Translations under genes and position numbers: made by a program | The notes under the pieces: model-generated | What the model was told of the DNA's origin: nothing | The model's database searches: none | Seen by the model: only the letters and a program-made list of their open reading frames with translations | Shown here: in pieces, positions 23,811-33,777 of the stretch | How the letters are laid out: the number at the start of each line of letters is the position of its first letter | Position numbering within the stretch: position 1 is the first letter of the stretch | Origin: Escherichia coli | GTDB taxonomy: Bacteria; Pseudomonadota; Gammaproteobacteria; Enterobacterales; Enterobacteriaceae | Assembly (NCBI RefSeq): GCF_050920415.1 | Contig: NZ_CP169309.1 | Reading direction: 5' to 3' (one strand) | DNA: 64,000 nt

Positions 23811-23900
23811 ATGAGCGAAGCTCTCAGTATCACTGCGTTTTATATATTCATAGCAGCTATTATTGTTGCTGCAGTGCTATACCTTGAACAACGCTGGTAG
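23811..23900 (+). CDS. Hypothetical 29-aa hydrophobic peptide (MSEALSITAFYIFIAAIIVAAVLYLEQRW) in the rnk-uspG gap; unverified
   Basis: ATG-initiated 30-codon ORF with a single predicted TM helix; no convincing Shine-Dalgarno; lies where I expect ybdR in K-12. Confidence 0.2.
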   Translation: MSEALSITAFYIFIAAIIVAAVLYLEQRW

Positions 23901-24023
23901 TACCTGGTTTTATTTATTTTCCAGATCAATCGCAAATTCAGATCGAATCAGCCTCGCAAATCATAGATTCATAATCAATAATGTGCTGTTATGTATACAT
24001 GCAAAAACAAGGAGAGAATGCTT

Positions 24024-24452
24024 ATGTACAAAACAATCATTATGCCAGTGGATGTATTTGAAATGGAATTGAGCGACAAAGCTGTTCGCCACGCTGAATT
24101 CCTCGCCCAGGATGATGGAGTTATTCATCTACTTCACGTACTACCGGGGTCAGCCAGCCTGAGCCTGCACCGTTTTGCCGCTGATGTACGTCGTTTTGAA
24201 GAGCATCTGCAACATGAAGCAGAAGAACGTTTGCAAACGATGGTCAGCCACTTCACCATCGATCCTTCCCGCATTAAACAACATGTCCGTTTTGGTAGCG
24301 TGCGGGATGAAGTCAATGAGTTGGCAGAAGAACTGGGGGCTGATGTTGTCGTTATCGGTTCGCGCAACCCATCGATTTCGACCCATCTGTTAGGTTCTAA
24401 CGCCTCAAGCGTTATCCGCCACGCTAATCTGCCTGTACTGGTCGTTCGCTAA
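24024..24452 (+). CDS. uspG: Universal stress protein UspG
   Basis: 142-aa ORF starting [11 protein letters not shown]; GGAGA RBS 8 nt upstream; ORF-track extension trimmed. Confidence 0.93.
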   Translation: MYKTIIMPVDVFEMELSDKAVRHAEFLAQDDGVIHLLHVLPGSASLSLHRFAADVRRFEEHLQHEAEERLQTMVSHFTIDPSRIKQHVRFGSVRDEVNELAEELGADVVVIGSRNPSISTHLLGSNASSVIRHANLPVLVVR

Positions 24453-24470
24453 CAGACAAAAATATTTATA

Positions 24471-24508
24471 CCGCCCTGCCCGGAGCCATCCCGGCGGGGC
24501 TTTTTATT
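24471..24508 (+). terminator. Putative uspG terminator
   Basis: GC-rich imperfect hairpin (ccgcc...ggcgggg) followed by CTTTTTATT. Confidence 0.5.
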
Positions 24509-24510
24509 GC

Positions 24511-24543
24511 AATAAAAAAGCCGCCAGGTTTGACCCCGGCGGC
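24511..24543 (-). terminator. Rho-independent terminator of ahpCF (minus strand)
   Basis: On minus strand gccgcc-ggggtcaaacct-ggcggc followed by TTTTTTATT. Confidence 0.7.
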
Positions 24544-24573
24544 TAAGCAATTGCAGGTGAATCTTACTTCTTC

Positions 24574-26139
24574 TTATGCTGTTTTGGTGCGAATCAGGTA
24601 GTCAAAAGCACTCAGAGAGGCTTTGGCACCTTCGCCAGTGGCGATGATGATCTGCTTGTACGGAACCGTCGTACAGTCACCCGCTGCGAACACGCCTTTG
24701 ACGTTGGTTTCGCATTTCGCATCAATGATAATCTCGCCCATGCGGTTACGTTCGACTGCGCCTTCGAGCCAGTTGGTGTTCGGCAGCAGACCAATCTGGA
24801 CAAAAATACCGGCCAGTTTGATGTTGTGAATATCGCCGCTGACACGATCGCGATATTCCAGACCAACAACTTTGCTGCCGTCGCCTTTCACTTCCGTGGT
24901 TTGCGCATTCAGAATAATGTCGACGTTTTTCAGGCTGCGCAGTTTGTCCTGCAGAACCTGGTCGGCTTTCATTTCTGGCGCAAATTCCAGCAGAGTTACG
25001 TGTTCAACGATACCCGCCAGGTCGATTGCCGCTTCCACGCCGGAGTTACCACCGCCGATAACCGCTACGCGTTTGCCTTTAAACAGCGGGCCGTCGCAGT
25101 GCGGGCAGTAGGTCACGCCTTTGGTACGATACTGATCTTCTCCCGGAACATTCATGTTGCGCCATTTTGCACCGGTCGCCACTATAATGCTGCGTGCTTT
25201 CAGTACCGCGCCAGAAGCTGTTTCAATCTGATGCAGGCCACCTTCAACCGCTGCCGGAATCAGTTTGCTGGCGCTCTGGCTGTCGATCACATCAACGTCG
25301 TATTCATCAACATGAACTTTCAGTGCACCTGCCAGTTTTTGGCCTTCGGTCTTCGGTACAGAAATGTAGTTTTCGATATCAACGGTATCGAGGATCTGAC
25401 CACCAAAACGTTCACCCATCAAACCGGTACGGATGCCTTTACGTGCGGAGTAAATTGCTGCCGCTGCACCCGCCGGGCCGGAACCAACGATTAATACGTC
25501 ATAAGCATCACGCTTGTTCAGCTCTTCTGCCGCACGTTTTTCCGCGCCAGTATCAATTTTGGCGACGATTTCGGAAATAGTCATGCGGCCCTGACCAAAC
25601 TCTTTCCCGTTTACGAACACTGCCGGAACGCCCATCACGTTGCGATCGGTGATTTCGTTCTGGAAGGTGCCGCCGTCAATTGCCGTATGCTTGATGCGCG
25701 GGTTCAGTACGCTCATCAGGTTCAGCGCCTGCACCACGTCCGGGCAGTTATGGCAAGAGAGCGAGTAATAGGTTTCGAATTCAAAATCACCGTCAATATG
25801 GCGAATCTGCTCCAGCAAAGACTGCGCTTCTTTTGACGGATGACCACCGGTCCACAACAACGCCAGTACCAGCGAGGTGAACTCGTGGCCCATCGGGGAA
25901 CCTGCAAAACGTGGCCCCTGGTTGGAACCTGGGTTAGTGATCAGGAAAGACGGCTTACGCACCGGCAAGCTGTTATCTTCTTTAAAGGTGACTTTGTCTG
26001 ACAGTTCTGCGATTTCAGCCAACAGTTCCTTGATTTCTGCCGATTTAGCGCTGTCATCCAGCGTGGCAATTAACTCAACAGGCTTGGTCAATTTCTCAAG
26101 GTAAGCCTTGAGTTGAGTTTTCATATTTGTGTCGAGCAT
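24574..26139 (-). CDS. ahpF: Alkyl hydroperoxide reductase subunit F (flavoprotein disulfide reductase)
   Basis: 521-aa ORF starting [11 protein letters not shown]; two CxxC redox motifs (CHNC, CPHCDG) and FAD/NAD Rossmann motifs. Confidence 0.95.
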   Translation of the reverse strand: MLDTNMKTQLKAYLEKLTKPVELIATLDDSAKSAEIKELLAEIAELSDKVTFKEDNSLPVRKPSFLITNPGSNQGPRFAGSPMGHEFTSLVLALLWTGGHPSKEAQSLLEQIRHIDGDFEFETYYSLSCHNCPDVVQALNLMSVLNPRIKHTAIDGGTFQNEITDRNVMGVPAVFVNGKEFGQGRMTISEIVAKIDTGAEKRAAEELNKRDAYDVLIVGSGPAGAAAAIYSARKGIRTGLMGERFGGQILDTVDIENYISVPKTEGQKLAGALKVHVDEYDVDVIDSQSASKLIPAAVEGGLHQIETASGAVLKARSIIVATGAKWRNMNVPGEDQYRTKGVTYCPHCDGPLFKGKRVAVIGGGNSGVEAAIDLAGIVEHVTLLEFAPEMKADQVLQDKLRSLKNVDIILNAQTTEVKGDGSKVVGLEYRDRVSGDIHNIKLAGIFVQIGLLPNTNWLEGAVERNRMGEIIIDAKCETNVKGVFAAGDCTTVPYKQIIIATGEGAKASLSAFDYLIRTKTA

Positions 26140-26309
26140 GTTTATCTCCTGGGCTTTAAACATCATCATGCAAGCGGCCTCTGCGGCTACCTGGATGCAG
26201 CTTGCATCATGGTGCGGGGAAGAAAATCGGGTGCCGCAGCACCCGATTAATTAGGTGAATTTCCGAACTATTTCGCGCCGGAGTTGGTAGCGCGAAAGAC
26301 AAAGGAAAT

Positions 26310-26873
26310 TTAGATTTTACCAACCAGGTCCAGAGACGGAGCCAGAGTTGCTTCACCTTCTTTCCATTTAGCCGGGCAAACTTCACCTGGGTGAGAAGCT
26401 ACGTACTGTGCTGCTTTGATTTTACGCAGCAGGTCAGACGCGTCACGGCCAATGCCTTCAGCGGTAACTTCGATTGCCTGGATGATACCCTGCGGGTCAA
26501 CAACGAAGGTTGCACGGTCAGCCAGACCTTCATCTTCACGCATGTTGTCGAAGTTACGGGTCAGGGCGCCAGTCGGGTCGCCGATCATCGCATATTTGAT
26601 TTTAGCGATAGTTTCAGAGCTGCTGTGCCATGCTTTGTGGGTGAAGTGAGTATCGGTAGATACTGCGTATACATCTACGCCCAGTTTCTGCAGTTCTTCG
26701 TAGTGGTCAGCAACGTCACCCAGTTCGGTCGGGCATACGAAAGTAAAGTCAGCCGGGTAGAAGAAGAAGACGCTCCAGCGGCCTTCGGTATCTTTTTCGG
26801 TGATTTCGATGAATTCGCCGTTTTTGAATGCCTGGTTTTTAAAAGGTTTAATTTTGGTGTTAATCAAGGACAT
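26310..26873 (-). CDS. ahpC: Alkyl hydroperoxide reductase subunit C (2-Cys peroxiredoxin)
   Basis: 187-aa ORF with peroxidatic Cys motif FTFVCPTEL and resolving Cys (EVCP). Confidence 0.96.
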   Translation of the reverse strand: MSLINTKIKPFKNQAFKNGEFIEITEKDTEGRWSVFFFYPADFTFVCPTELGDVADHYEELQKLGVDVYAVSTDTHFTHKAWHSSSETIAKIKYAMIGDPTGALTRNFDNMREDEGLADRATFVVDPQGIIQAIEVTAEGIGRDASDLLRKIKAAQYVASHPGEVCPAKWKEGEATLAPSLDLVGKI

Positions 26874-27245
26874 CTATACTTCCTCCGTGTTTTCGATGAG
26901 ATGTAAGGTAACCAATTTTTGCCGATTCGGCTAATGCGTTTCCATTATCAAATCGATAAGTTTTACCTTACAACCGTCGTAAGACAACTTTGTGAACTTT
27001 GCACCGCCAGTGGCGATAAAAAGTAAAATGGGCCCCCTTTCCAGGTGACCGTGTAATCTGAACTACCCTTTGGTATCTTCAGCGCCTGCCTGCAGGCTGT
27101 GGTGTTGCCCTTACAAATGCAACAACGACATGGATTACAACACCCTCATAAACAAAGGGCAATCACCTGATCTAAGCTCTTACCTATGACAGTGATAGGT
27201 TATGCCTTTTACTCCATTTTTGCACTGACTGAAAAGGACAAATTA

Positions 27246-27992
27246 ATGTTAAAAAAGATACTTTTACTGGCTCTGCTTCCTACAATCGCCTTTGCAGAGG
27301 AACTTCCTGCTCCGGTAAAAGCGATTGAAAAACAGGGCATTAAGATCATCAAAACGTTCGATGCCCCCGGCGGAATGAAAGGTTATCTCGGCAAGTATCA
27401 GGATATGGGCGTCACCATCTACCTGACTCCAGATGGTAAGCACGCTATCTCTGGTTACATGTACAACGAGAAAGGTGAAAACCTGAGTAACATGCTTATC
27501 GAAAAAGAAATTTATGCGCCAGCCGGACGCGAAATGTGGCAACGGATGGAACAATCGCACTGGCTCCTCGACGGTAAAAAAGACGCGCCAGTCATAGTCT
27601 ACGTTTTCGCCGATCCGTTCTGCCCATATTGTAAACAGTTCTGGCAGCAGGCGCGCCCGTGGGTTGATTCTGGCAAAGTACAGTTGAGAACATTGTTGGT
27701 TGGGGTTATCAAACCAGAAAGTCCGGCGACAGCCGCGGCAATTCTGGCCTCTAAAGATCCCGCAAAAACCTGGCAAGAATATGAAGCCTCTGGCGGCAAA
27801 CTTAAGCTAAATGTGCCTACAAACGTAAGTGCAGAGCAAATGAAAGTGTTAAGCGACAACGAGAAACTCATGGACGATCTGGGGGCAAATGTCACACCGG
27901 CTATCTATTACATGAGTAAGGAAAATACGCTGCAACAGGCCGTGGGGTTGCCCGATCAGAAAACGCTTAATATCATCATGAGAAATAAATAG
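27246..27992 (+). CDS. dsbG: Periplasmic thiol:disulfide interchange protein DsbG
   Basis: 248-aa ORF from [12 protein letters not shown] (signal peptide) with CPYC active site; divergent from ahpC. Confidence 0.93.
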   Translation: MLKKILLLALLPTIAFAEELPAPVKAIEKQGIKIIKTFDAPGGMKGYLGKYQDMGVTIYLTPDGKHAISGYMYNEKGENLSNMLIEKEIYAPAGREMWQRMEQSHWLLDGKKDAPVIVYVFADPFCPYCKQFWQQARPWVDSGKVQLRTLLVGVIKPESPATAAAILASKDPAKTWQEYEASGGKLKLNVPTNVSAEQMKVLSDNEKLMDDLGANVTPAIYYMSKENTLQQAVGLPDQKTLNIIMRNK

Positions 27993-28199
27993 AAGGTAAT
28001 TCATGGGTGGTTGAAATACATTCTTGCTTTTCAACCATTCTAAAAACGCATGAATTGCTTCTTCCCCTCCTGACAACTGTGTTACTTTAGAAAAACTTAA
28101 TCCAGAGTTAAGTAATAAAACATAACAAATATAAATAAAACAGTAGAATCATTGATTGCAAGAATGATTTATGGAAAAGATAATATAACGGAGTATGTT

Positions 28200-29102
28200 A
28201 TGGCTAATCTTTATGATTTAAAAAAATTCGACCTCAATTTACTGGTCATATTTGAGTGCATTTATCAACACCTCAGCATTAGCAAAGCAGCAGAATCATT
28301 ATATATAACGCCATCTGCCGTTAGTCAGTCGTTACAACGTTTACGCGTGCAATTTAATGACCCGTTATTCATCCGCTCAGGGAAAGGTATCGCGCCGACT
28401 ACAACAGGGTTAAATCTGCATCACCATCTTGAGAAAAATCTCCGAGGCCTTGAACAAACGATCAATATCGTTAATAAGTCTGAGCTGAAGAAAAATTTTA
28501 TTATCTACGGTCCTCAGCTTATTTCTTGTAGTAATAACAACATGCTAATCCGCTGTCTAAGACAAGATACTTCAATCGATATAGAATGCCATGACATACT
28601 GCTTTCAGCTGAAAACGCTGAAGAATTGTTAGTTCAACGCAAAGCTGACCTGGCAATTACACTGCAACCAGTAATTAGCCGCTCTGTCATCTGCATGCCG
28701 GTACATACTATTCGCAATTCTCTTATATGTAGCAACAAACATCCTCGTATTACCGATACCAGTAACTATGAACAAATTATCGCCGAAGAATTCACCTTGT
28801 TGATATCTAAATCAGCAGGGATTGACGAAATTCAAATGGACATAGATGAACGTTTTATGAACCGTAAAGTTTCATTTCGCAGTTCTTCTTTGTTGACGAT
28901 AATTAATAGTATTTCTGTTACTGACTTATTGGGCATTGTGCCCACCGAACTGTACGATTTACATCGTGATTTTTTGAAGTTACAAGAGATAAAACTGGAA
29001 CGACCACTTCCTACGGTTAAACTTTATATTTCCTATAACAAGGCTTCGTTGAACAACCTTGTCTTCTCACGATTCATAGATCGTTTAAATGATAGCTTCT
29101 GA
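28200..29102 (+). CDS. ybdO: LysR-family transcriptional regulator YbdO
   Basis: 300-aa AT-rich ORF starting MANLYDLKKFDLNLLVIFE with LysR HTH. Confidence 0.88.
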   Translation: MANLYDLKKFDLNLLVIFECIYQHLSISKAAESLYITPSAVSQSLQRLRVQFNDPLFIRSGKGIAPTTTGLNLHHHLEKNLRGLEQTINIVNKSELKKNFIIYGPQLISCSNNNMLIRCLRQDTSIDIECHDILLSAENAEELLVQRKADLAITLQPVISRSVICMPVHTIRNSLICSNKHPRITDTSNYEQIIAEEFTLLISKSAGIDEIQMDIDERFMNRKVSFRSSSLLTIINSISVTDLLGIVPTELYDLHRDFLKLQEIKLERPLPTVKLYISYNKASLNNLVFSRFIDRLNDSF

Positions 29103-29248
29103 TTTATTACCACGGATAAATGTTATATTACGCATCAATTGATTCATTGTGTGAATATAAAATAATGTGCTCTATCTTGCTTCGTTTACCCTATAATTAG
29201 CGGATTCATCTCACAAGTCACCCAGTAACGTTCAGAGAGCGTTTTCAG

Positions 29249-30469
29249 ATGTCTATTTATAAAATCCCTCTTCCGCTGAATATTTTAGAAGCTGCACAGG
29301 AACGTATTACCTGGACACTTAACACCTTGCCCCGTGTTTGCGTTTCTTTTTCGGGGGGTAAAGATTCCGGATTAATGCTGCATCTTACCGCCGAACTTGC
29401 CAGAAAATTGGGAAAAAAAATCTGCGTTTTGTTTATCGACTGGGAAGCACAGTTCTCTTGTACCATCGACTATGTACAGTCGTTACGCGAGTTGTATACC
29501 GACGTTATTGAAGAGTTTTACTGGGTAGCACTCCCACTCAAGACGCAAAATTCCCTTTCACAATACCAACCAGAATGGCAGTGCTGGGAATCTGATGTCG
29601 AATGGGTGCGTCAGCCCCCGCAAGAAGCGATAACCGATCCTGACTTTTTCTCCTTTTACCAGCCAGGCATGACCTTCGAACAATTTGTACGTGAGTTTGC
29701 CGAATGGTTTTCACAAAAACGTCCGGCGGCGATGATGATCGGCATCCGTGCGGATGAGTCCTACAACCGTTTTGTCGCCATCGCCAGTTTAAATAAACAA
29801 CGTTTTGCCGATGATAAGCCCTGGACCACAGCCGCACCAGGCGGTCACTGCTGGTACATTTACCCCATCTACGACTGGAAAGTAGCTGATATCTGGACCT
29901 GGTATGCTAATCATAAATCCCTATGTAACCCATTGTATAATATCATGTATCAGGCAGGCGTTCCCCTGCGTCATATGCGAATTTGCGAACCTTTTGGCCC
30001 GGAGCAACGGCAAGGATTATGGCTCTATCACGTTATCGAACCGGATCGCTGGGCTGCTATGTGCGCACGAGTTAGCGGGGTAAAAAGTGGCGGCATTTAC
30101 GCCGGACATGACAATCATTTTTATGGTCATCGGAAAATCCTCAAACCAGAGCATTTAGACTGGCAAGAGTATGCATTATTGCTGCTTGATAGCATGCCGG
30201 AGAAAACGGCTGAGCATTACCGCAACAAAATTGCCATTTACTTGCATTGGTATCAGAAAAAAGGTATCGAGGTGCCACAGACCCAGGACGGGGACATTGG
30301 CGCGAAAGATATCCCCTCCTGGCGGCGAATTTGCAAGGTGTTACTGAATAACGATTACTGGTGTCGGGCATTATCATTTAGCCCAACCAAAGCGAAGAAT
30401 TATCAGCGTTATAACGAACGGATAAAAGTAAAACGTCAGGAGTGGGGAATACTATGCAACAACAATTAA
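29249..30469 (+). CDS. ybdN: PAPS-reductase-like (ATP pyrophosphatase fold) protein YbdN, IbrA-like
   Basis: 406-aa ORF with SGGKDS P-loop-like motif near the N-terminus; AT-rich; synteny. Confidence 0.88.
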   Translation: MSIYKIPLPLNILEAAQERITWTLNTLPRVCVSFSGGKDSGLMLHLTAELARKLGKKICVLFIDWEAQFSCTIDYVQSLRELYTDVIEEFYWVALPLKTQNSLSQYQPEWQCWESDVEWVRQPPQEAITDPDFFSFYQPGMTFEQFVREFAEWFSQKRPAAMMIGIRADESYNRFVAIASLNKQRFADDKPWTTAAPGGHCWYIYPIYDWKVADIWTWYANHKSLCNPLYNIMYQAGVPLRHMRICEPFGPEQRQGLWLYHVIEPDRWAAMCARVSGVKSGGIYAGHDNHFYGHRKILKPEHLDWQEYALLLLDSMPEKTAEHYRNKIAIYLHWYQKKGIEVPQTQDGDIGAKDIPSWRRICKVLLNNDYWCRALSFSPTKAKNYQRYNERIKVKRQEWGILCNNN

Positions 30470-31071
30470 CGCAGGATTTAACCCAATTTCTCGCCAGCTT
30501 GCCGGAAGACGATCGCATCAAAGCGATTAACGAAATCCGCCTGGCGATCCATCAGGTTAGCCCCTTTCGTGAAGAGCCAGTAGATTGTGTTCTGTGGGTT
30601 AAAAACAGCCAACTTATGCCAAATGATTACAACCCAAACAATGTGGCACCGCCCGAGAAAAAACTGTTACAAAAATCCATTGAGATAGATGGTTTTACCC
30701 AACCTATTGTGGTCACGCACACAGATAAAAATGCTCTGGAAATCGTGGATGGCTTTCACCGTCATGAAATTGGTAAAGGCTCTAACACGTTAAAAATGCG
30801 ATTAAAAGGATATTTACCGGTCACCTGTCTGGAAGGAACACGTAACGAACGCATCGCCGCGACTATTCGTCATAACCGCGCTCGTGGACGCCACCAAATC
30901 ACAGCCATGTCAGAAATCGTTCGTGAACTCAGCCAGTTAGGATGGGACGACAATAAAATCGGCAAAGAGCTGGGTATGGACAGCGACGAAGTGTTGCGCC
31001 TGAAACAAATTAACGGCCTGCAAGAGTTATTTGCTGACCGTCAATATTCCCGCGCCTGGACAGTAAAATAA
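30442..31071 (+). CDS. ybdM: ParB/Srx-like nuclease-domain protein YbdM, IbrB-like
   Basis: 209-aa ORF overlapping ybdN by 28 nt; ParB-like motif region (IVDGFHR). Confidence 0.88.
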   Translation: MGNTMQQQLTQDLTQFLASLPEDDRIKAINEIRLAIHQVSPFREEPVDCVLWVKNSQLMPNDYNPNNVAPPEKKLLQKSIEIDGFTQPIVVTHTDKNALEIVDGFHRHEIGKGSNTLKMRLKGYLPVTCLEGTRNERIAATIRHNRARGRHQITAMSEIVRELSQLGWDDNKIGKELGMDSDEVLRLKQINGLQELFADRQYSRAWTVK

Positions 31072-32232
31072 TTACAGCTGGCGCAGGCGTTCAGCTGCCG
31101 CCAGCAACGTCGATTCCTTCTTGGCAAAACAGAGACGAATGAGCTTATGGGGGAAGGGATCGGCGCAAAATACCGACAGCGGGATCGCCGCCACGCCATG
31201 CTCCCGCGTCAGCCTCTGGCAAAACTCAACGTCATCCAGCGAAGAAACCGCGCTGTAATCCACCAGCAAAAAGTAAGTGCCTTCGCACGGTAAAATCTCC
31301 AGCCGACTCTCACTTAAGGCATTCACCAGAATATCGCGCTTCTGGCGATAAAAGTCCGGTAACGCAAGGTAGTGTTCAGGTTCTGCTCGCAGCATATCGG
31401 CAAGGGCCAGCTGCGCCGGGGTATTCACCGAAAAAGTCAGATACTGATGCACTTTGCGGATCTCGGCGCTGATGGGCGCAGGCGCAACGCAATAGCCCAC
31501 TTTCCAGCCGGTCATATGATAGGTCTTGCCAAACGATGACACCGCCACCGCCCGCTCACGCAGTTGCGGATGCGCCAGCACACTGGCATGGTCCTGCTGT
31601 GAAAAGTTGATATGCTCGTAAACTTCATCGCTAATGACAAAAATCTCGTGCCCGGCAATTGCCTGCCACAAAGCGGAAAAATCAGTCTGCTGCCAGACAG
31701 TAGCACTGGGGTTATGCGGGGTGTTAAGGATCACCAGTCGGGTGCGCTCGCTTAACAATGCGGCAAATTCCTGCCAGTCCACGCGAAAATGCGGTGGTTG
31801 CAGTGCAATACGTTTCACTATTCCACCCGCAAGCGTGATGGCGGGGGCGTAACTGTCATAGCTGGGATCAAAGCAAATCACTTCATCGCCATTGCGCACC
31901 AATGCAGTAATCGCTGCGTACAGCGCTTCCGTCGCCCCTGCTGTTACGGTGATATCGCTGTCGGCATCTGGTTGATAGCCATACAGCCGTTCCGTTTTCT
32001 GAGCAATCGCCTCGCGCAAGGCCTGCACGCCAGTCATAGGCGCGTATTGGTTTGCTCCCTGGGCAACGTGGTACGCCAGCCGTTCCTGCAAATAGCGCGG
32101 ACCATCAAAATCAGGAAAGCCTTGTGACAGGTTAATCGCCTGGTGTTGCTGCGCCAGTGCGCTCATCTGGGTGAAAATAGTGGTGCCAAGTTGTGGAAGT
32201 TTGCTTTGTGGAATCAGAGGGTTATTTGTCAT
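31072..32232 (-). CDS. ybdL: PLP-dependent aminotransferase YbdL (methionine aminotransferase)
   Basis: 386-aa ORF from MTNNPLIPQSK with class-I aminotransferase lysine motif (SSFGKTY). Confidence 0.92.
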   Translation of the reverse strand: MTNNPLIPQSKLPQLGTTIFTQMSALAQQHQAINLSQGFPDFDGPRYLQERLAYHVAQGANQYAPMTGVQALREAIAQKTERLYGYQPDADSDITVTAGATEALYAAITALVRNGDEVICFDPSYDSYAPAITLAGGIVKRIALQPPHFRVDWQEFAALLSERTRLVILNTPHNPSATVWQQTDFSALWQAIAGHEIFVISDEVYEHINFSQQDHASVLAHPQLRERAVAVSSFGKTYHMTGWKVGYCVAPAPISAEIRKVHQYLTFSVNTPAQLALADMLRAEPEHYLALPDFYRQKRDILVNALSESRLEILPCEGTYFLLVDYSAVSSLDDVEFCQRLTREHGVAAIPLSVFCADPFPHKLIRLCFAKKESTLLAAAERLRQL

Positions 32233-32340
32233 TTTTATTGTGCCTGACAAAGTTGCGTGTTGAAGCCACTATAACACGATGCTAGTATTTGGCAATCAAG
32301 ACGTTTAGATGTCTAAATAAAACAATAAGGACAACACAAC

Positions 32341-33429
32341 ATGCCTCACAATCCTATCCGCGTCGTCGTTGGCCCTGCTAACTACTTTTCTCATCCCGGC
32401 AGTCTCAATCACCTGCATGATTTTTTCACTGATGAACAACTTTCTCGCGCAGTGTGGATCTACGGTGAACGTGCACTTGCCGCGGCGCAAACCAAACTTC
32501 CATCGGCGTTTGAACTGCCAAGAGCAAAGCATATTTTGTTTCGCGGTCATTGCAGTGAAAGCAATGTGCAACAACTGGCGGCTGAGTCCGGTGACGATCG
32601 CAGCATGGTGATTGGCGTCGGTGGCGGCGCACTGCTCGACACCGCGAAAGCCCTCGCCCGCCGTCTCGGTCTGCCGTTTGTTGCCGTTCCAACGATTGCC
32701 GCTACCTGCGCTGCCTGGACACCACTCTCTGTCTGGTACAACGATGCCGGACAGGCGCTACATTATGAGATTTTTGACGACGCCAATTTTATGGTGCTGG
32801 TGGAACCGGAGATTATCCTCAATGCGCCGCAAGAATATCTGCTGGCGGGAATCGGTGACACGCTGGCGAAATGGTATGAAGCGGTGGTGCTGGCCCCACA
32901 ACCAGAAACGTTGCCACTAACCGTGCGGCTGGGAATCAATAATGCGCAGGTCATTCGCGACGTCTTGTTAAACAGTAGCGAACAGGCGCTTGCCGATCAG
33001 CAAAATCAGCAGTTAACGCAATCATTTTGCGATGTGGTCGATGCGATTATCGCCGGAGGCGGAATGGTCGGTGGTCTGGGCGATCGTTTTACGCGTGTGG
33101 CGGCGGCCCATGCCGTGCATAACGGTCTGACTGTACTGCCACAAACCGAGAAGTTTCTCCACGGCACCAAAGTCGCCTACGGAATTCTGGTGCAAAGCGC
33201 CTTGCTGGGTCAGGATGATGTGCTGGCGCAATTAACCGGGGCGTATCAGCGTTTTCATCTGCCGACTACGCTGGCGGAGCTGGAAGTGGATATCAATAAT
33301 CAGGTGGAGATTGACAAAATGATTGCCCACACCCTACGTCCGGTGGAATCCATTCATTATCTGCCAGTCACGCTGACACCAGATACTTTGCGTGCTGCGT
33401 TCGAAAAAGTGGAATCGTTTAAAGCCTGA
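32341..33429 (+). CDS. ybdH: Iron-containing alcohol dehydrogenase family protein YbdH (hydroxycarboxylate dehydrogenase HcxA)
   Basis: 362-aa ORF; GGGxxxD nucleotide-binding motif; synteny. Confidence 0.9.
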   Translation: MPHNPIRVVVGPANYFSHPGSLNHLHDFFTDEQLSRAVWIYGERALAAAQTKLPSAFELPRAKHILFRGHCSESNVQQLAAESGDDRSMVIGVGGGALLDTAKALARRLGLPFVAVPTIAATCAAWTPLSVWYNDAGQALHYEIFDDANFMVLVEPEIILNAPQEYLLAGIGDTLAKWYEAVVLAPQPETLPLTVRLGINNAQVIRDVLLNSSEQALADQQNQQLTQSFCDVVDAIIAGGGMVGGLGDRFTRVAAAHAVHNGLTVLPQTEKFLHGTKVAYGILVQSALLGQDDVLAQLTGAYQRFHLPTTLAELEVDINNQVEIDKMIAHTLRPVESIHYLPVTLTPDTLRAAFEKVESFKA

Positions 33430-33438
33430 CGTACAAAT

Positions 33439-33636
33439 TTAGCAGCAGCGCGCGCCGCCTTTTCCACCGTAGCGCGCGTCCTGCCGCTCACGGAAAAACT
33501 CCTCGTAGGTCATCGGCGTTTGATCGGGATGGTTAACCCGCATATGTTCGACATAGTTGTCGTAATCAGGCATACCAATCATCAGCTTCGCCGCCTGACC
33601 TAAATATTTTCCGGCTTTTGCCAGTGAATCAAACAT
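33439..33636 (-). CDS. ybdD: DUF466 small protein YbdD (CstA-associated)
   Basis: 65-aa [20 protein letters not shown].. downstream of cstA. Confidence 0.88.
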   Translation of the reverse strand: MFDSLAKAGKYLGQAAKLMIGMPDYDNYVEHMRVNHPDQTPMTYEEFFRERQDARYGGKGGARCC

Positions 33637-33699
33637 CAATACCTCCGGTAATCAGGTTGCTGAGAGAGTGCATTAATAGCTATCAACGCGCTCGGTCAG

Positions 33700-33772
33700 T
33701 CCCCTCGCCCCACCAGGGAGAGGGTTAGGGTGAGGGGGAACCCCAGGCACTACGCCAACATCCCCCTCACTC
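33700..33772. repeat. GC-rich palindromic intergenic element between cstA and ybdD
   Basis: cccctcgccccaccagggagagggttagggtgagggggaacccc...tccccctcac; gtgaggggg (33730-33738) pairs with ccccctcac (33762-33770). Confidence 0.45.
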
Positions 33773-33777
33773 TGACT

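Noticed and set aside
23541-24072. Plus-strand ORFs of 80 and 69 aa in the rnk-uspG interval (23541-23783, 23863-24072)
   Set aside because: They overlap the rnk 3' end or the uspG 5' end in other frames, are Cys/Leu-rich low-complexity, and have no RBS; only the 29-codon hydrophobic ORF is kept as a low-confidence candidate.
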